NCBI GenBank assembly: GCA_040386535.1
Contig: JAZKFH010000066.1
Location: forward strand, 1-15,827
Length of the DNA stretch: 15,827 nucleotides
DNA from: Myxococcota bacterium
Lineage (GTDB): Bacteria; Myxococcota_A; UBA796; SXON01
Reading direction: 5' to 3'
Below the pieces are notes generated by a model. That model saw nothing but the letters and a program-made list of their open reading frames with translations, was not told the DNA's origin and did no database searches. The translations under genes were made by a program, and so were the position numbers. Of this stretch, positions 1 to 7,456 are shown piece after piece (position 1 is the stretch's first letter; each line of letters begins with the position of its first letter).

Positions 1-42
1 CACCGCGCCAGCGGATTCGGAGCGCACGGGAGACGGGTTCAC
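1..42 (-). CDS. Possible 5' end of a gene running off the left edge (MNPSPVRSESAGAV...)
   Basis: GTG at 42-40 overlaps the TGA (41-39) of the upstream lipoprotein gene as GTGA, and the frame is open to the window edge. Only 14 codons are visible. Confidence 0.3.
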   Translation of the reverse strand, partial: MNPSPVRSESAGAV

Positions 43-233
43 CGGACGCCTACCAGCGCCGCGCGGTCCGGCGCCCCACACAGCAGGGCGGGATCGAGCT
101 CCGCGACCTCGACGGGACCCACGAAAGTGTCCACCAGCACCTCCGCGGCGTGGGTCGCCGCGGGTGGCGTGACGGGAAGGTCGAGCGCGGGCGGAGGCGG
201 GACCGGGGGCGCACAGGCGAGCAGCCAGAACAT
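39..233 (-). CDS. Small putative lipoprotein, 64 aa (MFWLLAC-APPVPPPP...)
   Basis: ATG at 233 has GGAGG 5 nt upstream. LLAC lipobox-like motif followed by a Pro-rich linker. Internal start within ORF 39..266. Confidence 0.6.
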   Translation of the reverse strand: MFWLLACAPPVPPPPALDLPVTPPAATHAAEVLVDTFVGPVEVAELDPALLCGAPDRAALVGVR

Positions 234-425
234 CGGGGCCTCCACGACGGAAGATAGCCCCGCCACTTCTTCTGGAACGCGATTCCGTTGCCGCTGCCGA
301 TCGAGCTGCGGACGCCGCCGCCCGCTTCTCCGGGGCCTGGAGCTCCCCCTCCGCCTCGGCGCGGCGTCCCCACCGGCGGCCGCGTGCCACGCGATCGACG
401 CCAGCGCTCCTGGAGGGGGGCCCCT

Positions 426-682
426 GATGCCTATGCACTTCGCTCAGCCCTCGAGTACGAGCGCATCGAGGGCGGGGTCATGCCCCCCTCAACGCCGCCA
501 AATCGGAGTCATGCCACCATGAACGCCGCTAAATCAAGTTGATGCCCCTCGAGTCAGCGCTGCCTACGGCTGCCACCACGGCACAACGGCCCTTTTTCGG
601 CATCCGGCGGACGCTCGCAGCCTGGATCCGAGCATTCAACCCAGCATGACTCCGTGCCGCGTGCATTCATGGGGACATGACC
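426..682 (+). repeat. Copy 1 of a ~230-260 bp non-coding element with internal inverted arms of 31-bp-phased GTCATG-N6-TGAAYGC-type sites (MITE/recombination-site-like)
   Basis: Matches the reverse complement of 15297-15528 (hand counts): 473-527 vs 15431-15485 52/55, 618-682 vs 15297-15361 59/65, 426-464 vs 15490-15528 32/39. Arms 476-526 and 632-682 are imperfect inverted repeats of each other. Confidence 0.85.
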
Positions 683-817
683 TATGACCCTGCGGTCGGG
701 CCCCCGCGGCGGCCCGCGATTGGAACGTCGGCGGTGGGCTCGGAAACCTCGGAGCGACGGCCCGCTGGTCCGCACGGGCGCCCGAGGGGAAGTGCATGGG
801 CATGGAAGGCCTATCTC

Positions 818-869
818 CTCGGACGGTATCTCCGTCCAAGCTCGGGGGATGATCACCCATCCCCTCGAC
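818..869. repeat. REP-like palindromic unit, same family as 8830-8982
   Basis: GGACGG-TATCT-CCGTCC hairpin followed by GGGGATG-ATCACC-CATCCCC hairpin, closely similar to 8868-8901. Lies just after the RNase III stop codon. Confidence 0.75.
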
Positions 870-881
870 GGCTCCCCCGCC

Positions 882-1496
882 CTACCCCCCCGCGATCCGT
901 ACCAGGATCTGCGCGCACGCGTCCCGCTGGGCCACTTGCTTTGTCGCGCCGTGCCCCACGGCAACGATGCCGTCGACTTCGACCGTGTACGTCCCGCGCG
1001 CGTGGTCCTCGCCCGAGCTCTCGCTCCGTCCCTCCGGCATCGCCGCCTTGCACCGAGCCATGTGCCACTCGTTCAGCGCCGAGATCGGGTCCTTCGCCGC
1101 GATCCGGTCCGGCTCCGTCGGCAACCACGCGCGGAGCACCGCCGCGGCGGTGGCCTCGCCCGCGTCGACCACGATCGCGCCGAGGATGGCCTCCATGGTG
1201 TCCTCGAGCAGGGCGGCGTTCGTGGCCGCTTTTTTGGTCTCGCCGATGCCTCGCCGCACGTGGGGCTCGATGCCGAACGAAGCGCCGCGTTGTTGGAGCC
1301 ACGCGCGGTCGATGTAGGCCTTGCGCGCGTCCGTCAACGCGGACTCCTGCGCGCTCGGCAACGTCTCGAAGCACCAGCGCCCGACGACCCAACCCAGGAA
1401 CGCGTCACCGAGGAACTCCAGGCGTTGCTGGCACTCGTTCGCGTGGTGGACGGCCTGGCCGCCGGGGTATCGCTCCTCGATCCAATCGGACAGCAC
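882..1496 (-). CDS. Ribonuclease III family protein (RNase III domain + C-terminal dsRBD), divergent, ~204 aa; start uncertain
   Basis: Signature QRLEFLGDAFL and second catalytic motif EDTMEAILGAI. dsRBD-like tail KDPISALNEW...GEDH...YTVEV...GHGATKQVAQRDA. GTG 1496 chosen because the upstream part of ORF 882..1694 is an intergenic repeat. Confidence 0.88.
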   Translation of the reverse strand: MLSDWIEERYPGGQAVHHANECQQRLEFLGDAFLGWVVGRWCFETLPSAQESALTDARKAYIDRAWLQQRGASFGIEPHVRRGIGETKKAATNAALLEDTMEAILGAIVVDAGEATAAAVLRAWLPTEPDRIAAKDPISALNEWHMARCKAAMPEGRSESSGEDHARGTYTVEVDGIVAVGHGATKQVAQRDACAQILVRIAGG

Positions 1497-1497
1497 G

Positions 1498-1654
1498 CGC
1501 GCCAGGGGCGCGGAGGGCAGCCGCCCCCGGCGGCTGGTCCGGCCGGGCGGGACGGAGCTCCCAACCAAACGACGATGCCGCCTCGCCCGGACGACCAAGC
1601 GGCTCCGCCGCGCGCCCGGAGCCGACCCGCCCCGCGTCCGCGCGGGGGGCGCCC
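1498..1654 (+). repeat. Copy A of a two-hairpin dispersed element (CGCGCnAGG..GAGGG-[stem1]-GGTC[stem2]GACCAAG)
   Basis: 1501-1546 aligns gap-free with 9219-9264 at 36/46. Shared GACCAAG and downstream CCGACCCGCCC...GGGGGGCGCCC. A third copy lies on the minus strand at 6911-6981. Confidence 0.65.
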
Positions 1655-1674
1655 CCCGATCCAATACAAGACGT

Positions 1675-2154
1675 TCAAGCGCTCCGTGACACATCCTGCG
1701 CCGCCGCCACCGCGCCGCTGTCGAGCTTCGCGTACACGAACAGCCCCACGAACACCCCGGTGAGGAACGACACCACGAGGCTCGTGAGCGCCAGCAGCTC
1801 CCACGTGGGCGCGTTGGCGCGGATGGACTCGAGGAGCAGGTTGACCTCGAAGAGGCCGAACACCGCGTTGAGCACGATGGTGCCGAGCAGGAGCACCTTG
1901 AAGGTGCCGACGGTCGCGGCGCGCAGCCGGGTGAAGCCGTACCAGGCGAACACGAGCTGGTAGATGACCACGGGCACCTCGAACAGGTGGAACGCGAGCA
2001 CGCAGCCGAGCTCGTTCTCGATCTTGCACGTGCTCCACGGCGTGCCGACGACGAACGGCAGGTGCGCCGCCAGCAGGCCGTAGACGGTGATGATCACGGT
2101 GGCCCACACGAGGAGGCGCGAGAGCTTCTCGCCGGGGAAGGTGGGGGCGCTCAT
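1675..2154 (-). CDS. Hypothetical membrane protein, ~4 TM helices, 159 aa
   Basis: Four hydrophobic stretches, GC-rich third positions, ATGA overlap with the upstream oxidase stop. Confidence 0.8.
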   Translation of the reverse strand: MSAPTFPGEKLSRLLVWATVIITVYGLLAAHLPFVVGTPWSTCKIENELGCVLAFHLFEVPVVIYQLVFAWYGFTRLRAATVGTFKVLLLGTIVLNAVFGLFEVNLLLESIRANAPTWELLALTSLVVSFLTGVFVGLFVYAKLDSGAVAAAQDVSRSA

Positions 2155-3848
2155 TTGGTTTGTCCGATGTCAGAGTTGCCCGGGATCTCGCCCTCGACTT
2201 CGGTTCGAATCCCGAAATGCTCCCGCCAATACGGCGTGAGGAACACGCCCGCGGGGTCCATCGCCGCGCGGAGTGCCAGGAAATCATCCCAATGAGGGTG
2301 TTGGGTGCGCAGGTACGCGGCCCACTTCCCGTCGGGGTCGGGGGGCATGAACTTGCCGGGATGGAGGCGGAACGCAAAGGGTTCGAGCAGATCCCAGAAC
2401 TGCTGGAAGAACGCCACGGGATCGCCGTCGTTGTAGCCGAACCAGAAGGGGTCGACACGGAACACGTCGGCGCCGTACGCGGGGCTCATCCAGATGTCGT
2501 TCTTCCGCGCGGCGTAGAACTCGAACGCGTAGGTTCCCGTGGCGGAGAGCCCGTTCTTGGCGAAATGATCGCGCAGGACGCGCATCACCTCGCTCGCGCG
2601 GTCGAGCGGGATCCAGAGCTCGGTGAACCAGGTGGGCATCAGGTCGTCCTGGATGCCGTTGTCCATCGGCAGGCCGCGCCACCAATAGTCTTGGAACAAC
2701 ACCGGTTTGCCCGCGCGCGCCTCGCTGTCGAGCTTGACGAACGCGCGGAACAGCGGGGGAACGATGTCGTCGAGGTGCGTGTGGAGCCACTCGCCGAGCG
2801 TGTCGATGCCGGGGAGCGCCAGGATGCCGTCGGAGCCGCCGTCCAGCATGGCCTCGACCAGGCTGCCGATCGCGAGCGACACCGGCGCGGAGAAGCCCAT
2901 CTCGCGCAGATCGTCGGCCACGTGGTCGTCGAGCTCGTCGAAGATGGGTTGGATCTTGCCCGGGAGCGCCGGCAGATCTTCGAGATTGCCGACGATGGCG
3001 AGCATCAGGCCCGCCAGCGCCTGCACGGTCTCGGCCTTCACGCCCGAGGGTTCGTAGGGGACCGGGCGGAAGCCGGGGACGACCGGCATCCGTTGGGCCT
3101 GCCACACCACGACGCGATCGACGCCGTGTTGGGGCCACCACAGAAAGCGGCTGTAGTCGGCCTCGCGGAGGAAGGTCTCGAGGCTCGGGCGGTCGTTCAG
3201 GCCGCCGTCGAACAGGTCGATCGCGCAGTCGGCGGTGGTGGTCGTGGCTTCCTGGCCGAAGATCGCGTACCCCGGCTCGCATTGGAACGTGATGGTCGAG
3301 ATCACGCCGAACAGCCCGAGCGCCACCGCCGCGCCCGCGAAGCCCTCGTCGGTGCCACGCTCGAACACCCGCACCTGCCCGGTGCCGTCCACGATGCGCA
3401 GGGCGACGATGTTCTCTTCGATCGCGTACCGGACCGAGCCGCCGGAGGAGCCGGTGGACACGAACCCCGAAGCGGTCTGGTGGGTGATGCCGCCGAGGTC
3501 GGAGAAGCCCCACCCCGCCGCGTCGATCTGCTGGAGCAGGCCGTTCTCGCCGGTGGAGGACGCGAGCTCGGGGTCCGAGCCGAGGTTGCAGCCGGCCTCG
3601 ACCTCGACACGGCCGAGCACCTTGTCGAACATGACGATCGACCGGTACAGATCGAGCTGGAGGTTGAACTGGTGCGGCGCGCCCGGCCCCTCGTCGGTGA
3701 ACGTGGCGCGCCGCGGGAACGTGTGGAGCGAGCCCCGCACGCGGAGGCGCTGGCCGGCGGCGGCTGCGCGCTGCACGAGCGCCACGATGTCGGCCTCGGA
3801 GCGCGGGTGGTACAGGCCGTCTTCGGCCATCGGGAGGGGGTCGGACAT
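2151..3848 (-). CDS. FAD-linked oxidoreductase, VAO/PCMH fold, ALO (aldonolactone oxidase)-like, 565 aa
   Basis: N-terminal HPRSEADIVALV...LRVRGSLHT (His at the position of covalent FAD attachment), LGGITHQTASGFVSTGSSG, ALGLFGVISTITF, C-terminal RLHPGK and DPAGVFL. GGAG 6 nt before the ATG. Confidence 0.9.
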   Translation of the reverse strand: MSDPLPMAEDGLYHPRSEADIVALVQRAAAAGQRLRVRGSLHTFPRRATFTDEGPGAPHQFNLQLDLYRSIVMFDKVLGRVEVEAGCNLGSDPELASSTGENGLLQQIDAAGWGFSDLGGITHQTASGFVSTGSSGGSVRYAIEENIVALRIVDGTGQVRVFERGTDEGFAGAAVALGLFGVISTITFQCEPGYAIFGQEATTTTADCAIDLFDGGLNDRPSLETFLREADYSRFLWWPQHGVDRVVVWQAQRMPVVPGFRPVPYEPSGVKAETVQALAGLMLAIVGNLEDLPALPGKIQPIFDELDDHVADDLREMGFSAPVSLAIGSLVEAMLDGGSDGILALPGIDTLGEWLHTHLDDIVPPLFRAFVKLDSEARAGKPVLFQDYWWRGLPMDNGIQDDLMPTWFTELWIPLDRASEVMRVLRDHFAKNGLSATGTYAFEFYAARKNDIWMSPAYGADVFRVDPFWFGYNDGDPVAFFQQFWDLLEPFAFRLHPGKFMPPDPDGKWAAYLRTQHPHWDDFLALRAAMDPAGVFLTPYWREHFGIRTEVEGEIPGNSDIGQTK

Positions 3849-3884
3849 CGGAGGCTCCGGCGTGGGGAGGGGGCGCGGGCCGCG

Positions 3885-3913
3885 AGTCTACGACACGTCG
3901 ATCCCGACGTCGA
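3885..3913 (-). promoter_or_regulatory. Putative sigma70-type promoter for the oxidase gene
   Basis: Minus strand TCGACG-N17-TAGACT, ending 36 nt upstream of ATG 3848. Pattern match only. Confidence 0.35.
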
Positions 3914-3931
3914 GCGCCATTCCGTCCCGGC

Positions 3932-4900
3932 CTACCCCCGCATCTGGGCGAGCCCCTGGTCGACCGTCACGTGGCCCTGGTAGCCGAGCTCGCGACGTGC
4001 CAGGGCGTCGCTCACGGTCACGGTGCCACCCATGAGGTGCACCGCGGCGACCGACACCGGCGGCGGATCGGCGCGGCGCAGCAACCCCCACACCGCCTCG
4101 CTGATCCGACCCGCCAGGAGCGCCAGCCACCGCGGCACGCTCGAGCGCCCCGGGGTCACGCCCTGCGTCCCGAGCAGGCGGGTGATGAACGATCGCGCCT
4201 CTTGCGACGCGCCGTCCGTCAGGAAGTAGACCGCGCCGCCCCGGCCCTTCTCCGCCGCGAGCAGCACGCCCTCGCACACGTTGGTCACGTGGCAGGTGTG
4301 TGTCTGGTACTTGCCCTGGTCGATCCACTTGAAGCGCCCGGACCGGACCGCCTCGACCAGCTTGGCGAGCACGGAGGTGTCCTCCGGGCCCCAGATGAAC
4401 CGCGGGCGGATCGCCACCGTGCGGAAGCCGGGCGCGTTTGCCGCGCGCACGTGGTCCTCCGCGATGCCCTTGGTGTGCCCATAGAAGAAGAGCACGCGCG
4501 CCGGGCGCGGGCGCGTCTCGTCCACGTTCACGAGCGGCGAGCCGTCCAACAGCACGGCCTCGGTGCTCACGTGCACGAAACACTCCACCCCCGCGTCCTT
4601 CGCGGCGGCGAGCAGCGTGTCGGTGCCCTCGACGTTGATGCGGTAGAAGTCCTCGTACTTCCCCCACTCGTCCACGTGCGCCGCCGAGTGGAACACCACG
4701 TCGCAGCCCTCCATCCCCGCGCGGATCGCGTCCCGGTCGAGCAGATCGCCCCGCACCGGCTCCGCCCCCTCCTTTCGCACCGCCTCCGCCGCGGCCTCCG
4801 AGCGGGCCAACGCGCGCGTCGGGATCCCGCGGTCACGGAGCTGGCGGAGGAGATGGCGGCCGAGGAAGCCGGAGCCACCGGTCACGAACGCGCGTTGCAT
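3932..4900 (-). CDS. NAD(P)-dependent epimerase/dehydratase, 3-beta-hydroxysteroid dehydrogenase-like extended SDR, 322 aa
   Basis: VTGGSGFLG, VFHSAA, NVEGT, FVHVST, catalytic YGHTK (YxxxK), IRPRFIWGP, ARRELGY. Confidence 0.92.
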   Translation of the reverse strand: MQRAFVTGGSGFLGRHLLRQLRDRGIPTRALARSEAAAEAVRKEGAEPVRGDLLDRDAIRAGMEGCDVVFHSAAHVDEWGKYEDFYRINVEGTDTLLAAAKDAGVECFVHVSTEAVLLDGSPLVNVDETRPRPARVLFFYGHTKGIAEDHVRAANAPGFRTVAIRPRFIWGPEDTSVLAKLVEAVRSGRFKWIDQGKYQTHTCHVTNVCEGVLLAAEKGRGGAVYFLTDGASQEARSFITRLLGTQGVTPGRSSVPRWLALLAGRISEAVWGLLRRADPPPVSVAAVHLMGGTVTVSDALARRELGYQGHVTVDQGLAQMRG

Positions 4901-4976
4901 GGAGGACCTCGCGGGACGCCTTTAGCGCGGCGTTTGGCGGGAGGAAAGGGCGCGTTTGCGCACGGGCGGCCCCCGC

Positions 4977-6656
4977 TCACCGCACCCCCCACACATCCAC
5001 CCACGCCGCCGTGTCACAGCTGTAGTCCCCGTTGATCCCGGATACCAACGTGAGCGTCCCGGGGACCACCGGCACGTCGAAGGCCTCGGCGGATTCGTAG
5101 TTGGTGATCGTGCCGGTCTGCCACAACGTGGCGCCCTGCACGATGGCGAAGGTGGCGCCGTCTCCGCAACGTTGCGCCCAGTCCTGCAGGCCCGCCTTCC
5201 CCACCAGCCGCGTGACCCCCTCGGGGATCGTGACCGTGACGGTGCTCGGCGCGTGCGCGAACACGCCGGTGCACGCGTGCTCACCGGCGATGTTGAAGCC
5301 GGGCGCCCAATACGTCTGGTCCACGAGCAGCTCGCCCCAGCCGACGGTGCCGGTGGGGCCCATCTCCGCGAGGGACACGGCCCCGGGCGGCGTGACACAC
5401 GGGGCCACCTCGGCGCCGGCGAGCCCCGCGAGGCGTGTGTGGAGGAACAGCCGCACGTCGTGGCGGCGCTGGTCGAACGCGAGGCCGTAGCCGAGCACAT
5501 CGGCGTACACGTCGTCGCGGATGAGCGCCGCGGCCGCCTTCGCCTCGGCGTCGACCACGTCCCACGCCATCGCGCCGGCGAGCAGCTCGTCCACGATCGC
5601 GTCGGGATCGAGGCCCAGGGCGAGGTTCCGCGTCAGCACCGGGTCGGTGTAGGCTGCGCCGGTGATGGGGTTGGTCGCCCACGGCGAGGTGAGCCAGGGC
5701 GCCCGCGGGTCGACCGTGAGCGCGTTGCTGAAGTAGTACCCGCCGAGGTCAACGTCGAAGTCCCAGGGCAGGATGTGCCACACCCCGCCGTCATTGTAGA
5801 GGTAGTAATTGTTCCCGTCCGCCGAGAACGCGTCCATCGAGCCCATGACCGAACGTGCCACGCTCTCCCGGCCGAAGTTGGTCAGGTCCAACGCGGCCGC
5901 GAATTGGTCGTCCGTGCCGGTCGCCACGATCTCCGAGAGGGCCACCAGATCGGTGCCGTCGCTGTCGACCGAGGTCTGCGGCTCGAACCAATACAGCCCG
6001 TCCGTCATCGGGTTGAGGCCCTGGGCGTAGTACCCGGAATTCATGCCATACAACACACCGTCGTCATTGCCGAACCAACGCTCGACGAACCGGTCGTCGA
6101 TGCTCTCCATCAGCACGAAGAAGCCGGCCGGCGCGCCGTTGACCGTCACGCGCGCCCAGCCGGTGCGCGCCGCGGGGACACCGAAGCGCCGCATGACCCC
6201 CGTGGCGAGGTACTCATTGAGGAACCCCACGTCCTGCGAGCTGTTGTCGAGCTTCAGCTCGTCCAACCCCGCGAACTCCTGCCCCGGCACCAGCCGGTCG
6301 AACGAGAGCTTCAGGGACGACTTGCCCGCGATCTGGCTCCCCTGCCCGAACGCGCGCACCGCGATGTCGGCCACCACGACCTCGTCCACGCCCTCGGCCT
6401 GCCAACGGAACGTCGCGGCGTGCCAGGCCTCCACCCACGGATTGTCGCGGATCTCGGCCCAGTCAGCGTCGCCCATCTCGAGCGCGATCGTGACCACGCG
6501 CGTCGGATCGAACACCGCATCGGTGGGATCGGGCTCGCGGGCGGTGTCACCCGGCACCACCTCGATCGGCTCGTCCACCACGCCGGGCGGCTCCTCCTTC
6601 GACGGAGGGGACGTTTCGACGGGCGCGGGGGCGGTGCAGGCGAGGAGGAGGAGCAC
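4977..6656 (-). CDS. CotH kinase family lipoprotein with probable C-terminal NPCBM/NEW2-like domain, ~559 aa
   Basis: CotH motifs GQGS...KSSLKLSFD, LKLDN, NEYLA, GFFVLMESID, DGNNYYLY, ILPWDFD. C-terminal GWGEL...GVFAHAPSTVT...AAWVD resembles NPCBM. GTG 6656 gives MLLLLAC followed by a Pro/acidic linker. Confidence 0.85.
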   Translation of the reverse strand: MLLLLACTAPAPVETSPPSKEEPPGVVDEPIEVVPGDTAREPDPTDAVFDPTRVVTIALEMGDADWAEIRDNPWVEAWHAATFRWQAEGVDEVVVADIAVRAFGQGSQIAGKSSLKLSFDRLVPGQEFAGLDELKLDNSSQDVGFLNEYLATGVMRRFGVPAARTGWARVTVNGAPAGFFVLMESIDDRFVERWFGNDDGVLYGMNSGYYAQGLNPMTDGLYWFEPQTSVDSDGTDLVALSEIVATGTDDQFAAALDLTNFGRESVARSVMGSMDAFSADGNNYYLYNDGGVWHILPWDFDVDLGGYYFSNALTVDPRAPWLTSPWATNPITGAAYTDPVLTRNLALGLDPDAIVDELLAGAMAWDVVDAEAKAAAALIRDDVYADVLGYGLAFDQRRHDVRLFLHTRLAGLAGAEVAPCVTPPGAVSLAEMGPTGTVGWGELLVDQTYWAPGFNIAGEHACTGVFAHAPSTVTVTIPEGVTRLVGKAGLQDWAQRCGDGATFAIVQGATLWQTGTITNYESAEAFDVPVVPGTLTLVSGINGDYSCDTAAWVDVWGVR

Positions 6657-6910
6657 GTGGTGTTGTAGGCCGGGGCGGGCCCGGGAACAAGCTTGCGCGC
6701 GCGACCCCGCGAAGACGCGGGGGTCGGTCCCTTGCGGGCGCGGCCTCACGGCCGGGTCCGCCCGGAAATAATGTCCAGCACCGAGGGCGACCCTGGGCCG
6801 CGGCCGCAAGGAGCGAGGAGGGAGCATGCCCGTAGGCATGTGACCGACGAGCGACGCCGCGGACGCGAGCCCAGGGGCGGCCGAATGCGGACATTATTGA
6901 GGAGCGGGCC

Positions 6911-6981
6911 CTTGGTCCGCCCGGCGAGGCGCCGGGCGGGACCGGCCGCGCGGCGCGGCCGCCCTTCAGGCACCTCGCGCG
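6911..6981 (-). repeat. Copy C of the two-hairpin dispersed element
   Basis: Reverse complement reads CGCGCGAGGTGCCTGAAGGG-CGGCCGCG ccg CGCGGCCG-GTCCCGCCCGGCG cct CGCCGGGCGGACCAAG, colinear with 1498-1599 and 9216-9282. Confidence 0.6.
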
Positions 6982-7151
6982 GGGAGCGCGCCAGATTTCG
7001 CAGCCCTCGGACTCACCGCTCGGGGAGGGTAGACCTCGAAGGCGCGCCGACGATCGTGAATGGCGGCCCCCAAGTCCGGCACGAAGCCTCAGCGCTTCAT
7101 CCGGTCGCGACGACCGCGGCCCAGGTGGCTCGGGGGGAGGGATGTTGGCCT

Positions 7152-7351
7152 GGACCCGACAGAACGGGCGTCAGTGGAGGCACTGAGGCGAGTTCTGTCG
7201 GGTTTTTGGTTGGCCCGACAGCGTCCGCGGGGCACCGAAGGCAAACAATCGGCGTCTGTTCGTCGGTGCACGCGGGATCGGCGGTCACCGGGACGCTCGG
7301 ACCCGACAGAACGGGCGTCAGTACAGGCCGTGAGGCGAATTTTGTCGGGTC
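7152..7351. repeat. Two direct copies (7152-7204, 7299-7351) of a 53-bp palindromic unit
   Basis: Both begin GGACCCGACAGAACGGGCGTCAGT and end TGAGGCGA(G/A)TT(C/T)TGTCGGGT. Copy 1 has a 12-bp outer stem ACCCGACAGAAC/GTTCTGTCGGGT. Starts are 147 bp apart. Confidence 0.85.
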
Positions 7352-7363
7352 GGGGGCCTGGCA

Positions 7364-7402
7364 GGGGCGATCGGGGGCGATCGGGGGCGATCGGGGGCGT
7401 CG
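7364..7402. repeat. 10-bp tandem repeat (TCGGGGGCGA)n, ~3.9 copies
   Basis: Directly visible: ggggcga tcgggggcga tcgggggcga tcgggggcgt cg. Confidence 0.85.
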
Positions 7403-7456
7403 ACGGGGGAGTTCACCGCCCGAACAGCTCCCACGCGCCGCGGTAGTATCCCCGTG

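Noticed and set aside
882..1496. Eukaryotic Dicer/Drosha origin because of QRLEFLGD
   Set aside because: The Q variant also occurs in bacterial RNase III. The single RIII + dsRBD architecture and GC content fit a bacterial class 1 enzyme.
1497..1694. N-terminal extension of RNase III in ORF 882..1694
   Set aside because: It overlaps a dispersed repeat and the 3' end of the upstream gene, and translates as Arg-rich low-complexity sequence.
2160..6668. Long antisense ORFs (2160..3983 +, 3971..5035 +, 4956..6668 +; likewise 13198..15480 + and 8247..10289 -)
   Set aside because: These are shadow ORFs opposite well-supported genes, with no recognisable motifs.
7152..7351. Mini-CRISPR or integron attC sites
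   Set aside because: Only two 53-bp repeats with a 94-bp spacer. No RYYYAAC...GTTRRRY ends and no integrase.
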